This document shows positions 9,830 to 21,639 of a DNA stretch of 38,173 bases, piece after piece (position 1 is the first letter of the stretch; each line of letters begins with the position of its first letter). The stretch covers positions 1 through 38,173 of the forward strand of contig NW_021829867.1 of NCBI RefSeq assembly GCF_006345805.1, given 5' to 3'. Made by a program: the position numbers and the translations under genes. This DNA comes from Octopus sinensis. Its lineage: Eukaryota. Below the pieces are notes generated by a model, which made no database searches, was not told the DNA's origin, and saw nothing but the letters and a program-made list of their open reading frames with translations.

Positions 9830-12150
9830 ATCTTCCAAAAAATTTTGTTGATAAAAGGCAAGTCATAAAAAGGGCTATTTCTAGTTACAAAAAAAGCACT
9901 TCTGGTTTTGTTCAAATGCTTGGAACCAACAATGAAGCTAAATAATGTAGTTAGACAATTGCTTAATGTATAGCTGAGAAAGGTAAACCTTTTACAGCCG
10001 GAGAATTTATCAAAAAAACTTTTTTGAGAATTGCTAAAATTTTGTTCAGTGTTTAAGCAAACGCTGAAAAAATACTGTCTCGAATTCAAGAAATACCAAC
10101 ATTCTGCATGATCGGTTGAGAGACGTGTAACTGATATAGCTGAAAACATAATTATAACACAGAAAGTTAGATTACAAAAAGCTGCTGCATTCAGTGACCC
10201 CTATCGATGAAAGTACTCAAGTGAATGACATGGCGCACCTAGCAATTGTTGCAAGATACTGGGACAATGATCGTATTTACGAAGAATCATGTTGTTTGAT
10301 TATTCCTCTTACCAATACATCTACAGGACAGGACATTCTGACTGCATTTCTAAATTATTTCGAAAATCAAGCCATTAATACAAATAAAATATTTTGTTAC
10401 TACTGGTGGTGCACGTGCAGTGGGTGGAAAGGAAAAAAAGATTTATTAAGCGTCTTGAAAATCACATTTCACGCAGTGTAATGTGTTTTAATTGCATTGT
10501 ACATCAGGAAAATTTAGTTGCAAAACTTTCGTCACAAAGCTTGAGTTATGTCGTGGAAACTGTTGTTAAAATAGTTAACTTCATGGTTTCTTGCTCTTCA
10601 CTGACGCACAGACAATTTAAGTCTCTTCTGCAGGAACTGGACAGCGAATATGCAGACTTCCCACTTCACAGTAAAGTCCTGCAGCGTAGACTCGGTTAAA
10701 ATTCCTCTCTCCCATTTATTATATATACGTGCATTCGAGAGTAGCACGGAACAGCTAGCCTTTTGCCGCTATTTGGATCCCGTTCTGTCCACTACTCTGA
10801 TTAGTTGGTATTGGCGCAATTTGTCGCGCCAAACTGCCGCGTATAACCAGTCGGAGTCAGCCTGTTCTCTACCCCGTTTTGGCCTACTTCTCCTTATAAA
10901 CGCTCCCCCTTTTCTCCTTTCGTCTTTTGGTTCCAGACCTTTTAAGGACTAGCCTCTGACCACAAAGACACAGCCAGTTCCAGAGACTTACCAACTTTGT
11001 CCAACAGCATTCCAACAACCTCCATCTTCGTCGCTATCACCATGTCCTTAACGTCTTCAACATCATCTCTCTACGTACACAGCTCTGCAAGCGATGCACC
11101 CAGGTTCCAACACTTCACTGTTCGTGAATTACTTCATCATGGGTCAACAACAAATATACAACCAGTATGAATTCCTGTACAAGTTACCCAGGCAGCAGCA
11201 TCACAGCCACGACATCACGTTCAACATATACCTCTAATTGTCTCCTACATCTATGAACCCATACGCATACATTCTGTTCTCATGACGGCATGTCTATCGT
11301 TCAGTATACATGATGCACACACAGACACATCTGTTAACATATCAATAAATCTTCTTTTAATCATTCTACGCGGTTGTCTCCTTTATCCATCTGGCAAATA
11401 GATGGTACTATCAATTCTCTTTATTGTAAGGGCTGTGTGATGTGGTACTAAAGAGCCATTCTTGTCAACTCGCATCGCACGGTCCTTACAGTCCGTTGGC
11501 TTTGTCGGGGTAATGTTTTGAACAGATTTGTATCATGCTTAGAAGAATATTTCTTGAAAGGAAACAGTTGCCAGAATCGAACAACGAAGACGGTTTATTT
11601 AAACTGATGCTTCTAACTGACAGTCACTTGAATGATTAAAATTTGCATTTACAAGAGAGAGGTCAAACAGTACTTGATGTTTTTGAATATTGGAAAGGAT
11701 TTTGTTAAAATCAGATTTTTTTTGCGTGATAAACTTAGCAATACATAAAAATACTTTCCAAATGTAAAAGCTTATTCAAATCGATTTAATATTTAATAAA
11801 AACGAACTTCAAAAATATATTGCAACGTTGAAAGAAGAATTTCCAAGTGAGATAAATATTTCGAAACAGATGTTCCTATATTTTCATTTCTCATCAAACC
11901 CGACTTTGAGGGATTTGAAAACGAACTCATTTAATCTCTCACATTTTGGCTAAAAAACAAATATACAGGATAGTTTTGAAGTGGAAATGATTGAATTAAC
12001 CACTTCAGAATTATGGGGAAAAAATTTATGGAATTACTAAAATCTCTTGAAAGAAGCAGCTTAGAGAAGTCAGTTGCCATCTTCAATCGCTGGGAGACGT
12101 TGCCTGAAAGATTCAATTCTTTGAAGAAAATCGCCTCAGCTCTGCTTTCA
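9830..12150 (+). mobile_element. hAT (SPIN/Charlie, GTF2IRD2/ZBED5-like) transposase remnant split by a solo LTR
   Basis: Motifs IDESTQVNDMAHLAI, PLTNTSTGQDI, NCIVHQENLVAK, VVKIVNF and LTHRQFKSLLQELDSEY are present. HSKV|RWLCRGNVL rejoins across 10680-11490. Multiple frameshifts and stops. Confidence 0.9.
10680..11490 (+). mobile_element. Solo LTR (811 bp), probably Gypsy-type
   Basis: Starts TG (tgcagcg) and ends CA (ccttaca). 4-bp TSD GTCC at 10676-10679 and 11491-11494. TATAAA at 10895 and AATAAA at 11344 suggest + orientation. No internal coding region. Confidence 0.88.
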
Positions 12151-12194
12151 GTCCAACATATACAGGATTACCCAAAAACAACAGAACCCATAAA

Positions 12195-12345
12195 ATTTCG
12201 GTTTCCGTCTACCAAATCCACTCAAAAAGATTTGGTCATTCCGAGACTATAGTAGAAAACAATTTCCCAAAATGCCATGCAGTGGAAACTGAAAAAGGAT
12301 CTACGTGCTTGCCAAGTAAGTTTCTTACCACACAGCCACGTCTAT
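12195..12345 (-). mobile_element. SINE family A, 5' half
   Basis: Reverse complement of the gtggatttggtagacggaaac block and tRNA-like head. Confidence 0.75.
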
Positions 12346-13395
12346 GCATGTGTGTTTATGTATAAGTCTATATATAGGATGAACAGGACAAACAAATGTT
12401 TAACTAATAGTTTTTACATGCGTGTAACAACGTTATGGTTGCTTGGAACCAAATGGTCACCGAAAAACGACCGCCAGGAACAACGTTATTCTATTAAGTT
12501 GCATAGTTATAGAAAGACAGAGGGAGAGAGAGGGTAAAATTAATTATATATATATGTGTGTGTATATATAAATGTTAAATCGTAAAAGAAAAGTAACAAA
12601 AATTGATTATCTATTCGCGTTCTGAGTTCCTTTCCTGTCGAACTCCCCTTTGCCTTTCATTTCTCAGAGGTGCTGAAGTCCAATTAGTCGACTGTCCACC
12701 TCCCCCACAAAACACAACCACTGGCATTCTACCTAAGCCAGAAACCACTTTATAGGCGGCAATCTAGGACTTTAGGACAAAGATATGCTCCGCGGTGTCA
12801 TATGTAATCAAGTATGGTTATATCAAAATGCATGAGGATATATATACATACACAATTACGCACAAAGATATGTGTGTGTATGAGTGTGTGTGCATATGAG
12901 TGTGTGTATGTATGTACGTTTGTATATATATAAAAAAAAAATTAAAAAATATGTATATATATATGTATATATGAATGTATTTGTGTGCGTGTGTATACAT
13001 GCACAAGTGTACGAGGCGAAACATTCACACACACACACACGTATATATATATAGGTATATAAATACTTATATATGTATTCATACGCATTTAGATATATAC
13101 ACACACATAAGCACACACATATATAAATGTGTATACGTTTTCTTTAATTCTTTTACTTGTTGAAGTCATTTGCCTGCGTCCATGCTGGAGCACAATATCA
13201 TAAGCCTTTAAGCCCAATACATTGACATCAGGGATTATTCTTTGTAAGCCAAGTACTTATTTTATTGGCCTCTTTTGCCGAACCACAATGTTAAGGATGG
13301 GAGCGTAAAAAACCTGCTGTCAAGGTGGTAACAAACATAGTTGCAAAGACAGAAACACACATACACAAACAAAATCACACACACACACATATACT

Positions 13396-13441
<46 letters not shown>

Positions 13442-13855
13442 CGAACTTCTTTCGATATCCGTCTACCAAATCCACTCGTAAGGCTTTGGTCAGCCCGAGG
13501 CTATAGTAGAAGACACTTTCCCAAATTGCCATACAGTGAAACTGAACCTGGAACTATCTACTTGCGAACCATGTTTCTTACCACATAGCCACGCCTATGC
13601 ATGTGTGTTTATGTATAAGTCTATATATAGGATGAACAGGACAAACAAATATTTAAATAATAATTCTGACGTGCATGTAACAATGTTATGGTTGCTAGGA
13701 ACCAAATGCTCACCGACAAATGATAGTCAGGAACATGGTTATTCTATGAAGTTCCGTAGTAATAGAAATATAGAGAGAGAGGGAGAAATAAATCATATAT
13801 ACATGTGTGTTTAGATACAAATGTTAAATATTAAAAGAAAAGTAACAAAAATTGG
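12200..13855. repeat. Direct duplication 12200-12605 / 13455-13855
   Basis: The SINE head plus unique flank (ctatgcatgtgtgtttatgtataagtctatatataggatgaacaggacaaacaaat...aaaagaaaagtaacaaaaattg) is shared at an offset of about 1250 bp. Confidence 0.9.
13140..13605 (-). mobile_element. SINE family A, near full length, with internal (TA)n
   Basis: Colinear reverse-complement match to the intact copy at 34419-34830. Confidence 0.8.
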
Positions 13856-14894
13856 TTTACCTTTATAACGCCGACTCCAAATATTACTTCAGTTTCAAAG
13901 TTTCTACAGAAATTAAAAGTTTTATCCACTTATCTGAATATTCTATTGCCTCATATAAATTTTTAGTCTCCCGTTCCGGCTGCTATCCGATAAGCATACT
14001 GAATGAAATACCCTGTTGTAATAATTCTCAATTTTTTTTAAACGAGAGTGGCAGTATTTTCCCCTTGATGTACGTGATTGGCTGAAATTCTTTAATATCC
14101 GGAAAATAAATCCATTTTCCAGCTAGTCACCATTCCTACACGTCAAGTGTTGAAATGGTCGCTGTGTAACATGAGATGAAGTATCTAGTGCGCAATACAC
14201 ATCTCGGTCCTGTATTTGAAATCACGACCTTGTACCCCAATCACGACTTCATGTGTACTCGACTTCTTTTATATTACAAAATTTATTTTTCATATGTCCT
14301 GGCAACACCCAGAGAATATTCTTAACTACTTGAAGGTTTTTGTAAAACAAACGCCATTGTTTTTATCGATTATTGGAATGGCGATATCTGCTCAAATAAA
14401 CGACCTCATCTCTCTAATTACTAAAATGCAAAGCCGACGAATTTTCCTTGTTTCACAGAATATATTTCAGTTGGTTGTAAAGTATTCTTGTTGTTCTCTG
14501 ATGACAAGACGAAGATCAGAGGCGTTTCGGTCATGATCATCCCGTCGATTTATTTACATCGTAATGTGTGTACTATTCTTTCCGTGGTTAAGACGGTAGG
14601 GTGTGAGACAATGGAATATCATTGTCTCAAATGCTTACGATAGGGCTGATAGCGCAAATGTTCAAGTAATGGGCATTCATTAGTCCTGAAACCTACATCT
14701 ACAATCATTATTGTAATATATCACATGATGTAATTGTTAATTTTCATAGATCTCTCCGACATATAAGTCTGACCTTACTATCAAGATGAACAATCAATTT
14801 ATTAAATGGCATCTAGGCCTGAATTATTCTGCTACTAGCAGAGGAATGAAAGGGATATTCTACGTGGTTTACTCTCCATGTGTTTTTAGGCTAA

Positions 14895-15657
14895 AACTTT
14901 ATACTTTTGATATCTTCATTATTAATTACCAGAAAAAAGAAAAACATGAATGCAATTATCGCCAGCGGCAGGCAATTCTGCATCAGAAGTAAATACTTTG
15001 AAAATGATGTGGTAAAAATTTGAAAAGTTTCAAGTGGTTGTAAGGAACTTAACAAGATACCGATCGGCCAAATTACTGGGACCCAAAAAATCGGAACCTG
15101 TTCCCAAGCGGTCATAGTGGATAAACTGAAACACATACACATATACATACACACGCTCACATATACATAGATATATACATATATGTAAAAAAAAAATATA
15201 TATATATACATAAGTGTGTGTGTGTGTGTGTATATATATAACAAAGTAAGTTTGGGGCTACTAATAAATATATATAATTGAAATATAGGATAAAATTTTT
15301 ACGAGGATTTATTAAGTAGTTATTGTGAAAAACCTCAGAAGGGATAACTTATTAATTATTCCCTATGAATAAATTTATATATATTAAGGGCATTACTATA
15401 CATAAATGCCTCACGCTAGGAGGGTCTCTTGAAGTCAAAACTACTATAATGCCCACATTGTACAAACCGCGAGGGAATGCAACTCTCAAAGCGAGCCTCC
15501 AGAAACAGACTTAGCTGAATATGATTTCGTAATTAGTGAAGAAAATGCACTTTTCACTCATCGGCGCAACCTTAGTCAAGACATATAAAAATTATCAAAA
15601 ATCAATTTACCAGACGAACACATGTATTCTTGCGTTTGATACAATGTGGTTATTATA
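14895..15657. repeat. Segmental duplication block, paralog of 25680-26450
   Basis: Long colinear match, e.g. aacaagataccgatcggccaaattactgggac and cccaagcggtcatagtggataaactgaaacac in both. Confidence 0.95.
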
Positions 15658-15722
15658 GTAGTGTTGACTTCAAGAGTCCCCCTTAGCGCGAGGCATTTCT
15701 ATATAGTAATGCCCTTAATATA
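15380..15722. mobile_element. Foldback/MITE-like element with about 94-bp imperfect inverted arms
   Basis: 15380-15473 (tatattaagggcattactata...gaagtcaaaactactataat...) is the imperfect reverse complement of 15629-15722. TA-rich flanks. Family not identified. Confidence 0.75.
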
Positions 15723-15727
15723 AATAT

Positions 15728-15775
<48 letters not shown>

Positions 15776-16663
15776 GTGCGTATGTATATGTGTTTATATT
15801 ACATACATATTCATATATATTATTTTCTACTTTAAATAAAGGTGTTCACTATATATAGAAACACTTCGAAGTGCTGAAGAGATTAGAACTTGAGACTTTA
15901 GATATGTAAAGAAACGACAAGCAAATTAGATATTTATTTACATTTACATATATGAAGATACATTGAATCGAAAACAAAAAGGTAAATGTGTATGGATATT
16001 AAGAAGACATAGTCTAATTTTCAGATAAAACAGTATCACAAAGAGAATAGGTAGAGTTTTAAGTGTTCTACGGCCGTTTCAGGGATCTTTGTGGTCCTGA
16101 TATATGACATATATCAGGGTCCATTGTTGGATAACATCACCTCTCCAGGGGAAGAATTTTATATTAAAAATTTCGCATTTAAAATGTTGATATGACAGAG
16201 GGTAAAGACTGATTGATTTTATAGAGGGCTACATTTATTAGGAAGGGGAGTTAGGGATGTTTAGACAGAGAATAGTTGCAGGATGGAGAAAATAGATTTC
16301 AAGATCATAAGACCACTGATGGTATTAAAGGTGAGAGTGGTAGAAAGTGGATTAGTTTATGTCCAAGTTAAATTAGTGAAAAAAGGATGGACTTAAGCGG
16401 TTCGATATCAGATAAGGGTATGAGAGGGTGGTTATAACTTCTATTCTAGGCTTTCCATCCGACTCATTTGCCCCAGAAAATCCGACTTGGGTCGAATTAG
16501 TTAATGCATTGTTGACCGTATTATACACCCTGTCAGGAATAACGTTGAGCTCCCGCTATGGAATTGCACTTGAGATGTTATTTTTGGTTTCCCTCTTTCC
16601 ACCATAGACGCACGAATTTCCTTCAGTTTGACATGTCAAATTATTGCAATATTTACAATGGAC

Positions 16664-16875
16664 AAGGCGCCGAGTAGGCAGAAACGTTTGCACGCAGGGC
16701 AAAATGCTTAGCTTTCTGTTTTTACGTTATGAGTTCAAAATTCCGACGATTTCGACTTTACCTTTCATCCTTTCGGGTTTGAAACAGTAAGTACCCGTTG
16801 CATAGTGGGGTCGATCTAATCAATTGGGCTCTACCCCAAAATTTCGGGCTTTGTGACTAGAGTAGATAAGAATAA
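16664..16875 (+). mobile_element. SINE family B
   Basis: ggcgccgagtaggcagaa head, gagttcaaaattcc B-box-like motif, gactttacctttcatcctttcggg body. Confidence 0.75.
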
Positions 16876-16920
16876 TTACAATCGACAGACAGGTGTCCTC
16901 ATCTTGTTAGTTGTTACTAC

Positions 16921-16960
16921 AACGTTTCGGCTGAGGAATTCTCCAGCCTTCTTCAGATGT
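16921..16960 (-). ncRNA. Penelope-type hammerhead-like motif (incomplete)
   Basis: CTGAAGA-A-GGCTG-loop-CAGCC-GAAAC-GT. Stem II is perfect, but I cannot build a convincing stem I. Confidence 0.4.
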
Positions 16961-17190
16961 CCTATTAACAATAAAGTGTAGACATCTACCCGTCCAATTC
17001 AAATATCATACATAATTCCTCAACTCTAAATTATAAAACAGTATCAAATGATTACCCGTCAATATCACAAATACTTTTGGATAAAACCTTAATATTTGTC
17101 CGAAATTATGCTACCATCCTAAATGCCGTTGAGGAGGCTTGACGATGGCCAATAGAAGGCCGATATAATATAATGAAAATCGTAACTTAC

Positions 17191-17240
17191 CAAAGAATTG
17201 GTTTCACCTCTGTTCGTAAGAGTTAGTGAATGTTTATATA
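17191..17240 (-). promoter_or_regulatory. Candidate non-coding leader exon / core promoter, copy 1
   Basis: tatataaacattcactaactcttacgaacag|aggtgaaaccaattctttg|gtaagt. Donor GTAAGT at 17190-17185, no ATG in the cassette, same strand as the LRR gene, whose ATG exon needs an upstream exon. Linkage to the gene is inferred. Confidence 0.4.
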
Positions 17241-17269
17241 TATATTTGCGCATATATATATATATATGT

Positions 17270-17622
17270 TACGTCATTTGTTTATTTACCATACATTTTT
17301 TCATTGAAGTAGCGGAACACAACGCACACAATTATGCATATATATATATATATATATATGTCTGTGTGTGTGTGTGTTTGTGTGTGTAGATATAGATTGG
17401 CGTCTTTGTTTCTCATTATATGAAAGCGATATGAAAAGTTTGCGTCAGCAGTCAAAGATGGGCGGTGCTAGTGGAAGAGTGTAAATGAGAGAGGGGAAAG
17501 AAAGTGATAGAAAGAGAGAGGGAGGGCGGGAGAAAGAAGATGTAGTGGGTTTTGTGTGTGTTTGTGTGTGTGTGTATGCGTAAATGTATGAGACTGTTTG
17601 CATCCGCGGAACTGAAATAATC
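17270..17622. repeat. Locus-repeated module P, copy 1. Other copies: 20318-20672 (inverted), 20881-21238, about 26830-26985, about 32481-32780, about 37765-37925
   Basis: Shared core ...ttctcattatatgaa...aaaagtttgcgtcagcag...agtggaagagtgtaaatgagagagggg... The 26.8 and 37.8 kb copies are more diverged. Confidence 0.9.
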
Positions 17623-17702
17623 TAAGTACTATTTTACAAATTGTGATATCTCTGTATGTGTGTGTATATGTATGTATGTATATATATATATTATATATAT
17701 TA

Positions 17703-17742
<40 letters not shown>

Positions 17743-17807
17743 ACGCACACACAGTTATCAGAATAATATATACGTATATATTCATGTATATGTATATATC
17801 TAAATAT

Positions 17808-17859
<52 letters not shown>

Positions 17860-18029
17860 TCAGTGGCGTGCGGTGACTTCCGGGACTGGACATGCAATGA
17901 ATTTCTTTGCCCCCCCCCCCGGACAATTTTTCAGGAAAAATACTTTGGAATTCCTACGATTTACATATGGGAGATTCTGAATATGCAATCAACCCCGTAT
18001 GACCTAGAATAAAAAAAAAACGTCGCCTT

Positions 18030-18281
18030 GGTACTATTTAAGAAAAGTGGTCCCGTTGCGCGCGCTCGCGCATCCGCGCTGGCTAGTCGTGACTAGTCGA
18101 TCCTACGACTATCTAGCAAACTAAATAAAATTTTTAAACAAAATATATAAAACACAAATACACAAAGTAAATAATGTTTTAAACAAAGTAAATAAAACAC
18201 AAAGTAAGGATCGACTAGTCACGACTAGCTGGCGTGGATGCTCGGGTGCGCGCACCGAGACCACTCTTCTTAAATAGTACC
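18030..18281. mobile_element. MITE with about 77-bp TIRs nested in the hAT
   Basis: ggtactatttaagaaaagtggtc...ctagtcgtgactagtcgatcctac (18030-18106) is mirrored at 18204-18281. No TSD seen. Confidence 0.85.
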
Positions 18282-18496
18282 CATGATTTTTAAATTGTTT
18301 GCAATACTCATCAAATTTGTTGAAATTCGAAAGTTCCATGAATTTAAACTCTTCTAAGGATGAATATCGTGCTTTTATTTGGTCAACTATTGTACTGATA
18401 ATTTTGTTATAAAGCATTTTATAATGTCGTTGGGGCTCAAAAGATATATTCTTGGATCTCTGAATTCCGATTCCTGCATCGACTCCATTCCCCCCC

Positions 18497-18818
18497 CCGG
18501 GTTCAGTTCCACTGCGTGGCACCTTGGGCAAGGGTCTTCTACTATAGTGTCGGGCCGACCAAAGCCTTGTGAGTGGATTTGGTAGACGGAAACTGAAAGA
18601 AGCCCGTGGTATATATGTATATATATGCGTGTGTGTGTTTGTGCGTCTGTGTTTGTCCCCCTAGCATTGCTTGGCAACCGATGCTGGTGTGTTTATCTCC
18701 CCGTTACTTAGCGGTTCGGCAAAATAGACCGATAGAATAAGTCCCGGGGTCGAGTTGCTCGATTAAAGGCGGTGCTCGAGCATGGCCGCATTCAAATGAC
18801 TGAAACAAGTAAAAGAGA
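18497..18818 (+). mobile_element. SINE family A, 5'-truncated, nested in the hAT
   Basis: gggttcagttccactgcgtggcaccttgggcaag...gtagacggaaactgaaagaagccc...gaaacaagtaaaagag. Confidence 0.9.
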
Positions 18819-19866
18819 TTGAAAAATTATCAAGTTTGTTTTCGAGTACAGTTCTAGTTTTATCTATTTGATCTTTACAATACACTATGTCATGACTTTT
18901 ACTCTGGAGGATGTTAAATATGAAAAAAGAAAAAATCTTACTGAATACTTCTAACAAAAATAAGAAATCAGGAGCTTTTAAAGTTTGTAAGAATCCAATT
19001 GCTGAATTTATGGTGGTATCATCCCATGCTTCAGGAGTTTCAATGATGTGCTCAAAAAGGCTGATTATGAAATGATAATTTTCCTTTGTGGTAATAATAA
19101 GCCGTGAGGCTGTTGCCTTCGGAAATCTTTTTTATAACAATGTTATCTAATGCATTAGCCCTTTTCGGTGTTGGTCTCCCACCGATATAATTAATTATTT
19201 TCCATCGAATTCTCCTTTCGAAAAACTATTTCTCAAAATATCGTTTATAACACACATTTCATTCATTTCGTAAAAGGCTGTTCTTATATACGAACACACG
19301 TGGAAGCGCCGGCGTAAATTGTAAGTCAATTTCAACAAAACAAAAAGATACAAAAAGTGGGTAACATGCGGTCAGCTCATAGCATGACATGCCACTGAGA
19401 GAAAGAGGAAGGGGGTATAAAATATTATGAACGACCTTTCCTCCTAGCATCTGCTTTATCAATTCACTAAGAGAGAGAGAGAGGAAGGAGGGACAAACTA
19501 AGAGACAGAGAGGGAGGTCATGCGGGTCTTCCCACAGCATAACCACTAAGAGAAAGAGGAAGGGGGTAAAAATATTTCAAATGCCCTATCCCCTTAGAAT
19601 GTCTTTTAAACAAGTCGCTAAGAGTGAGAGAGAGAGGAAGGAAGGACAAACTGAGACAGAGAGGGAGTGTCTAACATGCTGGTCTTGTCAATGCATGACT
19701 TCTAAAAGCAGAAGTAGAGTCACTGAGAGAGAAGGGGAGAAAAATACAACTGGACGGATTTTCTTTGAAACAAAGTAACTATTTTATCTAATTTTCCCAT
19801 CATATGGATAAAAAAATCACAGGGCATGCAACGCATACCTTGCATACCTGAGAGTGCACGCCCCTG

Positions 19867-19906
<40 letters not shown>

Positions 19907-20128
19907 CATTCATGCACATTTATGTGTGTGTGTGTGCCGCATCCCTGAAATCTGAAATAATCTAAGTACTATTTTACAAATTGTGATATCTGTGTGTGTG
20001 TATATGTATTATATATATAAACACGCACACACAATTATCAGAATTATATATACGTATATATTCATGTATATGAATATATCTATATACATATATATATATG
20101 TATATATACATATCATACATTTATGCAC

Positions 20129-20166
<38 letters not shown>

Positions 20167-20520
20167 CGTATCACTGAAATCTGAAATATTAGAAGAAATT
20201 TACCAAAAACTTTCAACCATGATAAAAAATGATTGCCTTGCTGATGCCTTCCATGAAATGGCACAAAAGACGCAAATCTACATAGAAACACACATGCACG
20301 CACATATATAAACATATGCAAACAGTCTCATACATTTACGCATACACACACACATACAAACACACAAAACCCTCTTCTTCTTCTTTCTCCTCCCCTCTCT
20401 CTTTCTATCACTTTCTTTCCCCTCTCTCATTTACACTCTTCCACTAGCACCGCCCATCTTTGACTGCTGACGCAAACTTTTCATATCGCTTTCATATAAT
20501 GAGAAACAAAGACGCCAATC

Positions 20521-20605
<85 letters not shown>

Positions 20606-20936
20606 GCATAATTGTGTGCGTTGTGTTCCGCTACTTCAATGAAAAATGTATGGCAAATAAACAAATGACGTAACAAGCTGTAATGTGAAACAAAAGTCAA
20701 CCTGACATTCGACAAGTGAACACATTCCAAATAACTTATATATGTGTGTGTGTATATGTGTATGTGTGTCTATGAATGCATATATGTATGTTATATATAT
20801 ACAACTCTTACATACTAAATGCAAACACACACACATACACGCACATATATAAAAATATAAACTCCTACATTAATATATTTTGCGTCATTTGTTTATTTAC
20901 CATTCATGAAGTATAGGACACAACACACAATTATGC

Positions 20937-20984
<48 letters not shown>

Positions 20985-21319
20985 ATATATGCGTGTTTGT
21001 GTGTGCGTGTGTGTGTGTAGATATAGATTGACGTCTTTATTTCTCATTATATGAATGCGATATGAAAAGTTTGCGTCAGCAGTCAAAGATGAGAGTTGAT
21101 AGTGGAAGAGTGTAAATGAGAGAGGGGAAAGAAAGTAATAGAGAGAGAGAGAGAGAGGGCGGGAGAAAGAAAAGTAAGAGGGTTTTGTGTGTGTATGTGT
21201 GTGTGTGTATATGCGTAACTGTATGAGACTTTTTGCATCCGCGTAACTGAAATTAACTTGATATAATCTAAGTACTATTTTACAAATTGTGATATCTCTG
21301 TGTGTGTCTATATATGTAT

Positions 21320-21423
<104 letters not shown>

Positions 21424-21576
21424 ATATATATATAAACACGCACACACAGTTATCAGAATTATATATACGTATATATTCATGTATATGTATATATCTATAT
21501 ATACATACATATATATATATAGATATATATATATATATATATATTTTATACATTCATGCACATTTGTGTGTGTGTA

Positions 21577-21625
<49 letters not shown>

Positions 21626-21639
21626 AATCACTAAAATCT

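Larger units (their letters stand above)
17861..19866 (-). mobile_element. hAT element (ZMYM1-like transposase remnant) with both TIRs, inserted in (TA)n
   Basis: TIRs CAGTGGCGTGC (17861-17871) and CAGGGGCGTGC (reverse complement of 19856-19866). Minus-strand remnants read TPKRANALDNIV, LFEHIIETPEAWDDTTINSAIGFLQTL and LYNKIISTIVDQIKARYSSL. The flanks are consistent with an ATATATAT-like TSD. Confidence 0.82.

Noticed and set aside
14490-14550. Hammerhead-like fragments (ctgatga on +, ccgaaacg on -), with similar traces near 6200 and 16070
   Set aside because: The core elements are on different strands or decayed, and no complete fold can be built.
16130-16460. Possible highly decayed Penelope GIY-YIG tail
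   Set aside because: Too degenerate to support without a profile search.
17120-17210. Spliced-leader RNA interpretation of the 19-20 nt exon plus GTAAG
   Set aside because: The downstream AUUUUC is not a canonical Sm site, the stem-loops are weak and the two leaders are not conserved. I know of no established SL trans-splicing in cephalopods.
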